Assembly (NCBI GenBank): GCA_035686845.1
Contig: DASRZA010000252.1
Coordinates: 2,101 to 66,100, forward strand
Direction of reading: 5' to 3'
From: Armatimonadota bacterium
Lineage (GTDB): Bacteria; Armatimonadota; DASRZA01
DNA length: 64,000 nt
Shown here: one piece after another, positions 26,669 through 36,117 of the stretch
Numbering within the stretch: position 1 is the first letter of the stretch
How the letters are laid out: the number at the start of each line of letters is the position of its first letter
Made by a program: the position numbers and the translations under genes
Notes under the pieces: model-generated
Told to the model about the DNA's origin: nothing
Database searches by the model: none
Seen by the model: the letters and a program-made list of their open reading frames with translations, nothing else

Positions 26669-26739
26669 TCTGCACGTCGATATGGTTAAACTTGATCGGT
26701 AGAAGAGCCGGGCGTACCACTTCGGAAGGATCCCACGTT

Positions 26740-27768
26740 ATGGCGGACAGGTTGAGGGTGGTCTTGGCGGGCTGCGGGGGAATGAGCGGCAGATGGCTTA
26801 CGGTGGCCAAACAGCGCCCCGACGTCGAGATTGTAGGTCTTATTGACTTGAGGGAGGAGGCAGCGCACAAACGACGTGATGAGTTTGACCTGCCGGGCGC
26901 TGCAGTGGGCGACGACGTGCGTGAGATGCTGGAACGGCTCAATCCGGACGTGGTTCTGGATTGCACCATCCCGAGCAGCCACGTGATGGTGACGTTGGAG
27001 GCGCTCGCTCATGGCTGTCACGTTATGGGCGAGAAGCCGCTCGCGGACAGCATGGAGAACGCCCGGAGGAGTGTCGCCGCGGCGAAGCAGTCCGGGAAGC
27101 TGTACGCCGTGATGCAGAACCGGCGATATGACTCCCGGATCAGGGGATTCCTCCACTTCTTGGACTCGGGGCAGCTCGGCGATCTGACCACCCTCAACAG
27201 CGACTTCTACATTGGGGCGCATTTCGGGGGCTTTCGCGATCATATGGAGCACGTGCTGCTCCTCGACATGGCGATCCACACTTTTGACCAGGCGCGACTG
27301 ATCTCGGGCGCTGACCCGGTGGCTGTTTACTGCCACGAATGGAATCCCACGGGATCGTGGTACGATCACGACGCCTCCGCCATCTGCGTCTTTGAGATGA
27401 CTGGAGACGTTATCTACACATACCGTGGAAGCTGGTGCGCCGAGGGCTTGAGCACCACGTGGGAATGCGATTGGCGCGCTATCGGCACGAAGGGAAGCGC
27501 TACCTGGAACGGCGCCAACGTCTTTCGCGCGCAGGCCGCGACCGGTTCCGGCGCGTTTCATTCTGAGTTGACGGATCTGGAAATCAATCCGGCCAGGAGT
27601 TCATCCGAGGGTGGGCACGCCGGCGCCATCAATGAGTTCTTGGACTGTGTTCACTCGGGCGAAACCCCCGAGACTGTCTGTACCGACAACATCAAGAGCC
27701 TGGCGATGGTGTTTGGCGCCATCGAGAGCGCAAGCGCTCACCGTCGAGTTGAGATTTCACTGGAGTAA
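26740..27768 (+). CDS. Gfo/Idh/MocA-family oxidoreductase
   Basis: N-terminal Rossmann LRVVLAGCGGMSGRW...EIVGLIDL and EKP motif (HVMGEKPLA). Start taken at ATG 26740 with SD GGAAGGA. Upstream ORF extension (from 26428) is not homologous. Confidence 0.7.
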   Translation: MADRLRVVLAGCGGMSGRWLTVAKQRPDVEIVGLIDLREEAAHKRRDEFDLPGAAVGDDVREMLERLNPDVVLDCTIPSSHVMVTLEALAHGCHVMGEKPLADSMENARRSVAAAKQSGKLYAVMQNRRYDSRIRGFLHFLDSGQLGDLTTLNSDFYIGAHFGGFRDHMEHVLLLDMAIHTFDQARLISGADPVAVYCHEWNPTGSWYDHDASAICVFEMTGDVIYTYRGSWCAEGLSTTWECDWRAIGTKGSATWNGANVFRAQAATGSGAFHSELTDLEINPARSSSEGGHAGAINEFLDCVHSGETPETVCTDNIKSLAMVFGAIESASAHRRVEISLE

Positions 27769-27773
27769 AAACT

Positions 27774-29189
27774 ATGGCGAGAAAGCAGAACTTGATCCTG
27801 TTTGGCGTCGACAGCCTGCGGGCAGACCGCATGAGCTGTTATGGATACCCGCGTCAAACCACGCCCCATATCGACCGATTCGCTCAAAGCGGGGTGCTTT
27901 TTGAGCGTAACTACAGCCCACATATTCCCACTACCAGCGCTTACGCGGGAATGTTGACCGGGCGCGACTGTTTTGGAACGCAGGTGGTCGCGCTGCGTCA
28001 TGAGGGTCCTCTTCGGCCGGAGGTTCCAACCCTCGCGGAGCTACTGCGGGGAGCCGGTTACACAACGACGTGCGTTGGTTTTGGCGGCAATCCGAGCTCG
28101 CGGGGCTTCGACAAGTATATCGAGTACCCGGGCTGGGGATCGTGGGAAGCCGGCCCGAGTCCGAAAGCGGGGAAGCTGAACGAGGTCGCCATACCGGAGT
28201 TGGATCGGCTCGCGGCGACGGGCGAATCGTTCTTTCTCTTCTTGCGTCACATGGACCCCCACTCGCCCTATCTTCCGCCACCCCCCTTCCAGCGAATGTT
28301 CTACAGCGGGAACGAATGTGATCCCGAGAATCACTCAATGGATCCGGTGATGGAGTTCAAGCCGTTTTGTGATTATTTCGCGACCTGGATGCCCCCAGGA
28401 ATCACGGATACACAATACGTGAACGCGCAGTACGATGGCGCCCTTGCATATATGGACGCTTGTATCCAGCAGATTCTTACGCGGGTCACGGAGTTGGGAC
28501 TCGACGAGGAGACGCTGGTCGTCTTGAACGGTGACCACGGCGAGACGCTGGATGAGCACGAATGTTACTACGATCACCACGGCCTGTATGATCCGACCCT
28601 TTACGTTCCACTCGTCATGAGGCATCCTGATCTGCTGCCGTCCGGGGTACGGGTTCCGGGATACTCGCTGCACCAGGACCTGGTTCCAACGCTGCTGCAG
28701 CTTCTGGACGTGCCCACCACGACGGAGTTTGAGGGAAAGAGCCTGCTTCCGATGCTCTACGGCGAAACCTTCAGCCTGCACAGCGAATTCTACATCACGG
28801 AATCGACGTGGATGAGAAAGCATGGATGGCGCACGCCCGAGTGGAAGCTAATCGTGGCGCTCGAGCCGGATTTTCATTTCAAACCGGCGGTGGAGCTCTA
28901 TAATCTGGTGAAGGATCCGCTGGAAAACCATAATGTCGCGGACGAGGAACCGGCGCTTGTCGCCGCGCTGCGTGCGCGCATGGACGCGTGGATTGAGAAG
29001 CGGGAAGCGGAGACGGGCGTACCGAACCCAATGTTCACGAATCTCAACTGGCATGGCAAAGCGAAGGGGCACGAGGGACCGTTTACCTCGTCGCAGCAGG
29101 CGTACGACTCGATGTACATTGGATCGCCGGGGGCCGCCCAGAAACTGCAAGCCCGTGGGGCAGCCCGGCCGGAGGAAGAGGCGGTTTGA
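27774..29189 (+). CDS. sulfatase-like enzyme of the alkaline-phosphatase superfamily with Thr at the formylglycine position
   Basis: N-terminal LILFGVDSLRADRMSCYGY...TPHIDRFA and ...LTGRD block typical of sulfatases. The C/S-x-P-x-R motif reads T-T-S-A-Y. Confidence 0.65.
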   Translation: MARKQNLILFGVDSLRADRMSCYGYPRQTTPHIDRFAQSGVLFERNYSPHIPTTSAYAGMLTGRDCFGTQVVALRHEGPLRPEVPTLAELLRGAGYTTTCVGFGGNPSSRGFDKYIEYPGWGSWEAGPSPKAGKLNEVAIPELDRLAATGESFFLFLRHMDPHSPYLPPPPFQRMFYSGNECDPENHSMDPVMEFKPFCDYFATWMPPGITDTQYVNAQYDGALAYMDACIQQILTRVTELGLDEETLVVLNGDHGETLDEHECYYDHHGLYDPTLYVPLVMRHPDLLPSGVRVPGYSLHQDLVPTLLQLLDVPTTTEFEGKSLLPMLYGETFSLHSEFYITESTWMRKHGWRTPEWKLIVALEPDFHFKPAVELYNLVKDPLENHNVADEEPALVAALRARMDAWIEKREAETGVPNPMFTNLNWHGKAKGHEGPFTSSQQAYDSMYIGSPGAAQKLQARGAARPEEEAV

Positions 29190-29440
29190 GACGGGGACGG
29201 CCGAAGAAGGATCAATACCGTTCAAATAACGGGCCCAGTGATTGAAATCACGGGCTAGAACCGCACCAAGTCCACCTACGTGGACTCCTGGAACGAGGCC
29301 AGCAGCGTCTTATCTGAACGGTGTTGGAAGAAGGATGAATCAAAAACGCTGGAGTTATAGGCGCCTGTTCCTGCTTGGGAGGAGAGTCCGTGAGAGAGGT
29401 CTGTGGTGGGCGGAGGACGGAGCCGTGAAGCTCCGCGGGA

Positions 29441-29468
29441 TGCGTACCTCGCGCCTCGTACCTCGCGC
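29441..29468. repeat. 14-bp tandem repeat GTACCTCGCGCCT(C/G) x2
   Basis: Exact adjacent copies. Same GTACC(T/C)CGCGCC family as at 24040-24067 and 31895-31950. Confidence 0.6.
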
Positions 29469-29493
29469 CTGATTGCGAAGGGAAGGGAATGCT

Positions 29494-30279
29494 ATGAAGC
29501 TCGGATGTAATACGGTGGTGTTGGGGACGACGGATTTTCCTGCGGCGCTTCAGCACGTTGAGTGGGCCGGTTATAAGTACGTGGAACTGGCGGCGATCAA
29601 AGGGATGTGCGAGCACGTCCGGATCGGGCAGGACCCGGCGGAGATCAAGGATCTCCTGGCGAAACACAGCCTGGAAGCGACGGCGATGGAGGCTGCGACG
29701 AATGATCGGGAGCGGTTGATGGGTTTGTTTGCCCTGGCGCGTGAGATCGGCGTACCCATTGTCAACATTGGGTCGGGGGGTAAGACGGGGGATGAAGAGT
29801 CGACTCGAAACGCCATTCAACTGATGCGGGAGTTCGCGAAGCTGGCGGGTGAGCAGGGTGTTAAGCTGGCGGTCAAGCCGCACGTGGGACAGGCCATCTA
29901 CAACGCTGAAACCGGGCTGCGCCTGGTCTCCGAGGTGAATGATCCGGCGCTGGGTCTCAATTTTGATCCGAGTCACCTTTTCCGGGCCAATGAGACTCCG
30001 GAAGACGTGGCCCCTCGCTGGGGATCCCGGATCATTACCTCTCATTTTCGAGACTGCCCCTGGCGTGAAGGCAGCCCGGGCACGCCCGATCAACAGATTC
30101 CGGGGCGAGGCGTCGTGAACATTCCTGCGACACTGGCGGCCCTGAAGAAGAGTGGCTACACTGGCCCCTTAAACCTGGAGGTCATTGGCGCGGGCGGATG
30201 GGAGCTGTCAAGGGCGATGGGGATCGTCGCTGAAGCTCACGGATATCTGAATCGCTGTCTCCAGGAAATCGGCGTGTAA
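29494..30279 (+). CDS. sugar-phosphate isomerase/epimerase (xylose-isomerase-like TIM barrel)
   Basis: MKLGCNTVVLG...VELAA... and C-terminal metal-binding blocks of AP-endonuclease-2/XI-like TIM barrels. ATG 29494 with SD GAAGGGAAGGGA. The ORF is also open from TTG 29473. Confidence 0.65.
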   Translation: MKLGCNTVVLGTTDFPAALQHVEWAGYKYVELAAIKGMCEHVRIGQDPAEIKDLLAKHSLEATAMEAATNDRERLMGLFALAREIGVPIVNIGSGGKTGDEESTRNAIQLMREFAKLAGEQGVKLAVKPHVGQAIYNAETGLRLVSEVNDPALGLNFDPSHLFRANETPEDVAPRWGSRIITSHFRDCPWREGSPGTPDQQIPGRGVVNIPATLAALKKSGYTGPLNLEVIGAGGWELSRAMGIVAEAHGYLNRCLQEIGV

Positions 30280-30413
30280 CCGGCAGCCCGCATAGAGCCG
30301 GGTTGCTCCGAATCCGATGGGCCGGTGACTGTGCCATGGGCCATCGCGACGGGGGATCTTCAGAAATCGGGACCTGCGTCCGGGCGGAGAATCATCGTCG
30401 AGGGAGCCGCTGA

Positions 30414-31760
30414 GTGGATCGGGAGACGATTGAGCAGTTGATCAAGGATCGGGGCGTAAGTAAGGTGCAGGTTGGCGGATTCGACCTGGACGGAGTTTTG
30501 CGCGGCAAGTATATCTCACGGGATAAATTCCTCTCGTCGTTTGATGATGGGATCGGCTTCTGCGACGTGATCTTTGGCTGGGACTGCGGCGATCATCTTT
30601 ACGACAACAGCCGGTTCACGGGCTGGCATACCGGATTTCCGGATCTCCGCGCCCGGTTCGTTCCCGAAAGCTTCCGTCTGATTCCGTGGGAGGCGAGAAC
30701 TGGCTTCGCGCAGGTTGAATATTACTCGCCGGATGGGCCTCCGCTCCCTATCTGCCCGCGCCAGGTTTTGAAGCGTGTGGCGGCGCGGGCCGAGGGGATG
30801 GGATATCGGCCGCGGATGGCCGCGGAATATGAATTCTTCCTCTTCGAGGAGACCCCGCGATCGCTGGAGGAGCGCGGTTTTCATGAGCTTCGCCCCGAAT
30901 CCCCCGGCATGTACTGCTACAGCATACTGCGCGCCGCGGCACGCGCCGATTTTGTTCAGATCCTGATGGATCAACTGGGCGACTTCGGCATCGAAATCGA
31001 GGGTCTGCATACGGAAACCGGACCGGGCGCCTTCGAAGCCTGCATCCGCTACGCGGACGCAGTGGGCGCCGCGGACAGCGCGGGGCTCTTCAAAACGGCG
31101 GTGAAGATCCTCTCCGCTCGCCAGGGGTTGATGGCCTCCTTTATGGCGAAGTGGAACGCCGACATGCCCGGTTGTGGGGGGCACATTCACCAGAGCCTGA
31201 TCGGTTTTGAAAGCGGCGCCAACCTATTCGCCGGAAGTCCCTGCTCGAAGTTGGCGGAGCATTATATCGCCGGGCAGCAGGAAGCGCTTCCGGAACTGGC
31301 GCCGCTCCTTTTGCCCACGATCAATTCGTATAAGCGGCTGGTACCCGGTCTCTGGGCGCCGACGGCGGCGACGTGGGGCGTCGAGAACCGGACGAATTCG
31401 CTGCGCCTGGTTCCCGGATCATCCGATGGCGCTACTCGCGTGGAGACCCGCATTCCCGGCGCGGACGCGTCGCCGCATCTCGCCATGGCGGCGTGCCTTG
31501 CGGCCGGCCTGCATGGGATTCAACATCAACTGACACCCACGGCGCCCACGACCGGCAGCGCGTACGAGGAAGCCGGCGCGCCCGGTCTACCACGGTCACT
31601 CGCCGACGCTACGACACGTATGCGCGAGAGTGCTCTGGCGCGTGATTGGTTCGGCGATGAGTTCATTGATCATTTCTGCCGCTCTCGTGAATGGGAGTGC
31701 CGCGAGTTCGAAAAGGCAGTCACCGATTGGGAAGTGCGGAGGTATTTTGAGGTGATTTAG
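30414..31760 (+). CDS. glutamine synthetase-family protein (GlnA/PuuA-like gamma-glutamyl ligase)
   Basis: GS beta-grasp N-domain (VQVGGFDLDGVLRGKYI...FDDGIGFCDVIFGWD) and catalytic-domain blocks (MAAEYEFFLFE, ...KWNADMPGCGGHIHQS). GTG start. Confidence 0.65.
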   Translation: MDRETIEQLIKDRGVSKVQVGGFDLDGVLRGKYISRDKFLSSFDDGIGFCDVIFGWDCGDHLYDNSRFTGWHTGFPDLRARFVPESFRLIPWEARTGFAQVEYYSPDGPPLPICPRQVLKRVAARAEGMGYRPRMAAEYEFFLFEETPRSLEERGFHELRPESPGMYCYSILRAAARADFVQILMDQLGDFGIEIEGLHTETGPGAFEACIRYADAVGAADSAGLFKTAVKILSARQGLMASFMAKWNADMPGCGGHIHQSLIGFESGANLFAGSPCSKLAEHYIAGQQEALPELAPLLLPTINSYKRLVPGLWAPTAATWGVENRTNSLRLVPGSSDGATRVETRIPGADASPHLAMAACLAAGLHGIQHQLTPTAPTTGSAYEEAGAPGLPRSLADATTRMRESALARDWFGDEFIDHFCRSREWECREFEKAVTDWEVRRYFEVI

Positions 31761-31770
31761 GAGTCCGGGA

Positions 31771-31837
31771 TGTGTGGATGCGTGAATGTGTGGGTGCGTG
31801 AGTATGTGGGTGCGTGAGTATGTGGGCGCGTGAGGTG
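31771..31837. repeat. ~16-bp tandem repeat TGTGGGTGCGTGAGTA x4 immediately downstream of the GS-family gene
   Basis: Copies at 31771-86, 31787-804, 31805-20 and 31821-37 with point differences. Confidence 0.65.
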
Positions 31838-31894
31838 GAGGACGAAGGGTGACGGAGGCAAGGCAGCGGATGAAGGACGAGTCAAGAAGCGCCC

Positions 31895-31950
31895 GGCGCC
31901 GCGCGCCTCGGGGATCGCGCCCCGTACCCCGCGCCTCGCGCCCCGTACCT
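31895..31950. repeat. GC-rich repeats of the CGCGCC(C/T)CG(T)ACC family
   Basis: GCGCGCCTCGGGGATCGCGCCCCGTACCCCGCGCCTCGCGCCCCGTACCTCGGGCC. Same motif family as 29441-29468 and 24040-24120. Confidence 0.55.
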
Positions 31951-31978
31951 CGGGCCCTCCCCACGGGAGTCTGATACG

Positions 31979-33115
31979 TTGATCACGCGCTTTGCGTTTC
32001 CGACGAATGTATTGTTTGGTCCCGGCGCGGTGGGGGAGATCGGCGCGCTTGTGAAGGGGTCAGGGGGAACGGTGGCGCTGATCGTGAGCGATCCGGGGGT
32101 CGTGGGCGCCGGGTTGGTGGCGCCGGTTCAGCGTTCGCTCGAAGCGGCCGGTTTATTCTCGGTGCTCCATGATGGCGTGGCGCCGAACCCGCTTGAGGAG
32201 AATGTGGAGACGGGCGCTGCGCTTTTTCGCCAGGAAGGATGTGACTTCGTGATTGGCGTGGGAGGCGGCAGTGCACTCGACGCCGCCAAGGCGATCCGGC
32301 TCCGAATCACCCATTCCCGTCCGCTGATTGATTACGACGACAACGCCGGCGGCGGCGAGTTGATCCGGAGTGATATGCCCCGCATGATTGCAGTACCGAC
32401 GACCGCGGGAACCGGCAGTGAAGTGGGGCGCAGCGCGGTGATCATCTGCCGTGCTAACCAACGAAAGACGGTGATTTTCAGTCCTCATCTGATGCCATCG
32501 TACGCGGTCTGCGATCCAGAAATGACGGTTGGAATGCCGCCCCCGATCACGGCGGCGACCGGGATGGACGCTCTCACCCACAATATTGAAGCTTTTCTCT
32601 CGACGCCATATCATCCTCTCGCCGACGCGATTGCCCTCTACGGCGCGCGTCTCTGCGCCGAAAACCTCGCCCGGGCGGTGGAGAGCGGGCAAGATCGGGA
32701 AGCGCGAGCGAATATGATGATGGCCGCTATGATGGGCGCGACGGCGTTTCAAAAGGGGCTGGGCGTAACGCACTCACTGGCGCATCCATTATCGAGTGTC
32801 GCCGGGATTCACCATGGGCTGGCAAACGCAATCCTCCTGCCGCACGTTTTGGAATTCAACGCGAGCGCCTGCCAGAGCCGGTACCGGGATCTGAGCAGGA
32901 CTCTCAATGTGCCGGACGCGTCGGGCGCGTTGAGCGAATGGGTGAGGGAGCTGAACCGCAAGATCGGGATTCCGGCGGCTCTCGGTGAAGTGGGCGTCGG
33001 GCGTGATATGATTGCCGCGATGGTTCCAAAGGCGATGGAGGATGGGTGCCATCTCAATAACCCGCGTCCCTGTTCGGCGGAGGACATGCGGGCGCTTTAT
33101 CAGGCGGCGTTTTGA
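31979..33115 (+). CDS. iron-containing (group III) alcohol dehydrogenase
   Basis: GGGSALDAAKAI, metal-binding His-rich blocks (...HNIEAFL..., ...HSLAHPL..., ...HHGLANAILLPHV). TTG start. Confidence 0.8.
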   Translation: MITRFAFPTNVLFGPGAVGEIGALVKGSGGTVALIVSDPGVVGAGLVAPVQRSLEAAGLFSVLHDGVAPNPLEENVETGAALFRQEGCDFVIGVGGGSALDAAKAIRLRITHSRPLIDYDDNAGGGELIRSDMPRMIAVPTTAGTGSEVGRSAVIICRANQRKTVIFSPHLMPSYAVCDPEMTVGMPPPITAATGMDALTHNIEAFLSTPYHPLADAIALYGARLCAENLARAVESGQDREARANMMMAAMMGATAFQKGLGVTHSLAHPLSSVAGIHHGLANAILLPHVLEFNASACQSRYRDLSRTLNVPDASGALSEWVRELNRKIGIPAALGEVGVGRDMIAAMVPKAMEDGCHLNNPRPCSAEDMRALYQAAF

Positions 33116-33142
33116 TAAACCGATTTAGATCGGCGACTGTAG

Positions 33143-34093
33143 GTGGAAATGATGAGCGTGAGAATAAATCCATTTCGTTGGAGCGAACTGGCGGGCGTGC
33201 TGCCGCTGCTTGATGACAGTCTGCGGCGTGATCCCATCTCCGAATCTGTGTTCACGCGTAAAGTTTTGCTGGATCCCAATTTTCGCGCCGAGGGAGCGTT
33301 GGTCGCGAGCTGCGATGGTGAGGTGGCCGGTTTCTGCCTTGCGATCGCCCGCCAAACGCCGCTGGAAAATGCGCCGACGGATCTCGATCGGGGATATATC
33401 ACGCTGATCGCCGTTCGATCGGATCTGCAGCGCCAGGGGATCGGCGGGGAGCTGCTGGAGCACGCAGAGGCGTACCTGAGGTCGCAGGACCGGACGACAG
33501 CGCTGATCTCTCCTTATTCCCCTGGCTACTTTACACCGGGCGTGGATCCGGAGGCGTACGCGCCCGCGATAAGCTTCTTTGCGCGACATGGATACCGTGA
33601 GCTCTACCGGGCGATTTCTATGAAGACTTCCCTCCCCCAGCCTGGTCCCCCAGCCTGGTCGCAGGCAATGACCGCACGACTTAAAGCCGAGGGAATCTGC
33701 ATCGAGTCGTATGAGCCTGCGCTAACGGTCCCTCTGCTCGATTTCGTGGCGCGAGAGTTTCCGGGCGATTGGGTGCGAGTGGTTCGCGAGGCGATGGGAG
33801 CAGTTTTGAGCGGCGCTGCGGCCGCTCGACTGGTCATCGCGCACGAGGGAGGAGAGATTCTGGGCTTTGTTCACCATGAAAATGAGCGGTTCGGACCGAT
33901 CGGAGTGGCGGCGTCGCGCCGGGGGCGCGGGGTAGGGCACGCTTTGATGTTTGCCGCGCTGAGGGCGATGGGGCAGGAGGGGTTCCGGGTGGGATGGTTT
34001 CTGTGGTCAGATGAGAAGACCGCGCGGCGGCTGTACGACAACGCTCAGTTCCGGATCGATCGCCGATTCACCGTTCTAAGCAAAGCGCTTTAG
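33143..34093 (+). CDS. tandem-GNAT N-acetyltransferase
   Basis: Two acetyl-CoA-binding motif A copies: RQGIGGELLEHAE and RGRGVGHALMFAALRA. Confidence 0.6.
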   Translation: MEMMSVRINPFRWSELAGVLPLLDDSLRRDPISESVFTRKVLLDPNFRAEGALVASCDGEVAGFCLAIARQTPLENAPTDLDRGYITLIAVRSDLQRQGIGGELLEHAEAYLRSQDRTTALISPYSPGYFTPGVDPEAYAPAISFFARHGYRELYRAISMKTSLPQPGPPAWSQAMTARLKAEGICIESYEPALTVPLLDFVAREFPGDWVRVVREAMGAVLSGAAAARLVIAHEGGEILGFVHHENERFGPIGVAASRRGRGVGHALMFAALRAMGQEGFRVGWFLWSDEKTARRLYDNAQFRIDRRFTVLSKAL

Positions 34094-34097
34094 ACGG

Positions 34098-34526
34098 TTA
34101 GTTTCTTGTTGGAGAATCGTCGGCCGACCTTGGCACGGCGCGGTCCGGCTGATAAGGACGCAGGTTAAGACGCTTCCCCCCGTGCTCATCGCGTCTGGAG
34201 GTAGGGGACAGGTCACCCATCGCCCGCGCCGATATGTTTGTCGGCTCCGGAGTTGCGCGATCGTTGCGGTAACGAAGAGCGGAGATCAGAAAGCGCTGAG
34301 TCTTCTCCAGCAGCTCTTGAGTCTTCAACAACTGGCGGCGGAGATCATCGTACTGAGTCCGCAGGTAACGCACTTGCTCTTCACGGACGGCCAGGAGGTC
34401 GTTCTTCGCGGCCAGGAGCGCGTGGGCATGGGCCAGGCCGGACCGCAAACGAGCGATCTCATCGTTATCGGAACTCGACGTCTCCGGCGCGGTCGTGGAT
34501 ATAGCTGATGGCATATTCAGGTTCAT
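34098..34526 (-). CDS. hypothetical coiled-coil protein
   Basis: 142-aa ORF rich in heptad-like Leu/Arg/Gln segment (LLAVREEQVRYLRTQYDDLRRQLLKTQELLEKTQRFL). Confidence 0.3.
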   Translation of the reverse strand: MNLNMPSAISTTAPETSSSDNDEIARLRSGLAHAHALLAAKNDLLAVREEQVRYLRTQYDDLRRQLLKTQELLEKTQRFLISALRYRNDRATPEPTNISARAMGDLSPTSRRDEHGGKRLNLRPYQPDRAVPRSADDSPTRN

Positions 34527-34745
34527 GTGGACACCATTTAGGGTTCGAAGGAAGTAATCCTCTCTGAGTATACAGCTATGTTTAGAGGAGTTTGTTTTTT
34601 AACCGGATAAACCCTGAGCCTCGGCTTGGAACACCCGGCGGCGACCAGGGGCCGGCTTCGAAATTGATGTTTGAAGGAGAATCGGCGTTCACAGGTCAAA
34701 CTGGAGTGAGGGGCTGAATCCACTGCTCCGGAACTGGAGACAACC

Positions 34746-36011
34746 ATGAAAGCGCGAATGACTTTGTTGGCGGTGACGGCGGTTTTGCTGGCGGGAGCGC
34801 CGGTGCTGGCTCAGGGCTTTGGTGGCGGAGGCTTCAATCAAGGCTTCCAGCAGGGGCGTGGATTTCAGCCTGGCGTCACGCCGCGCATAGGATTTGGCGG
34901 GAGCGGATTTGGTGGCGGCCGGTACGGCGGCGGCATCACGGGTGGCACAACCGGCACAGTCCCCGGCTACGGCGGTGGATTCCCGGGCGGCGGGTATGGT
35001 GGCGGGTATGGTGGTGGATTTCCGGGCGGCGGCGTATCCACCACGACCGGCGGGTTCGGCGGAGGCAGGTATGGCGGCGGCGCATTTGGGGGCGGAGCGT
35101 TTCAGGAAGCGCCTCCCGCGGGAAATCCCGGCTACACGGCGCCGGGCCGGTATTCGGAGATCACTCCGGGCGCGTCGGTGGGACTTGTTACCTATTGCGC
35201 GGATTTGATGGCGGACGCCCCAACCGGTGCGGTGCGTCTTCTCGCCGATCCGGGCGCGGGCGATGTTCAGGTTGCCGGCGTACACATGCCGATACTGACG
35301 GCAGAGCAGCAGGGCTTGATTGCGGTTCGCGGACACGATTCTTTGACCGATGGACCCCGGGCGGATGGCCAGTTTCTCGATTTCCACATCGTGAATCTGA
35401 CCTCGGCCCCGGTCGCCGTGCGGGTCGACCCGGGAACGGTCTTCACGCCGGAAGGTCAGCCGCGTCCGGAGCTTGATTCGCATATCGGGGCGCTGCTGGA
35501 TCTGGAAGCGGAACAGGGGCTATATGGGAGCGACACCTCGTGCGTGGCCATGTGGGCTTCCGAGGGATCTACGCTGCAGGATGTTTCTGAGGAGAGTTTT
35601 TCGCTTTCGGCGGGGCGACTGGCGCCGGCGGTGCAACAGCTTCTGGATCATTCCAAGATTAATCGGCGTTTCGACACCGGTGATGGCGTCTACCGTGCTC
35701 TTTACGATCAGGCGCGTGCGAAGCTGGGATCCACGACGCAATCGATGCGCCTGCCGATGCGGCTTACCGATGGCACGGCTGCAATGGGACTGCTGACCCG
35801 TAACGGCGACTCGGGCGTCGTCGAAATCACTCCCAACGTTTCGGAGGACGGGAAGCCTCCGGCCGGCCGCCTCTATTATCTCACGAAGGTGGCGACTCAC
35901 GGTGATCAATTCACCGTGACCCTGATTCAGCCTCGCACCGGAAGGCCCGCGCCGGGCGCTCCGCCGCTATCATTCATGAAACCGAAAGGTTGGGTTTTGG
36001 GCGCCTCATAG
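34746..36011 (+). CDS. secreted glycine-rich protein, hypothetical
   Basis: Signal peptide MKARMTLLAVTAVLLAGAPVLAQG. ~110-aa GGGFG/GGGYGGG repeat region. Globular C-terminal ~270 aa without recognised motif. Confidence 0.5.
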   Translation: MKARMTLLAVTAVLLAGAPVLAQGFGGGGFNQGFQQGRGFQPGVTPRIGFGGSGFGGGRYGGGITGGTTGTVPGYGGGFPGGGYGGGYGGGFPGGGVSTTTGGFGGGRYGGGAFGGGAFQEAPPAGNPGYTAPGRYSEITPGASVGLVTYCADLMADAPTGAVRLLADPGAGDVQVAGVHMPILTAEQQGLIAVRGHDSLTDGPRADGQFLDFHIVNLTSAPVAVRVDPGTVFTPEGQPRPELDSHIGALLDLEAEQGLYGSDTSCVAMWASEGSTLQDVSEESFSLSAGRLAPAVQQLLDHSKINRRFDTGDGVYRALYDQARAKLGSTTQSMRLPMRLTDGTAAMGLLTRNGDSGVVEITPNVSEDGKPPAGRLYYLTKVATHGDQFTVTLIQPRTGRPAPGAPPLSFMKPKGWVLGAS

Positions 36012-36117
36012 CCATTTCAACATCGCCGCGAGCAGACGCTGCGGCTTGGATGGGAGAAAACTCGAGAGCCGATCGCGCGTTTCCGCCCGAATGTCGCTGG
36101 CATTCCTTCAGAAATTT

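Noticed and set aside
26428-26739. N-terminal extension of the Gfo/Idh/MocA ORF
   Set aside because: Arg-rich non-homologous region. ATG 26740 has a GGAAGGA SD and starts exactly at the Rossmann motif.
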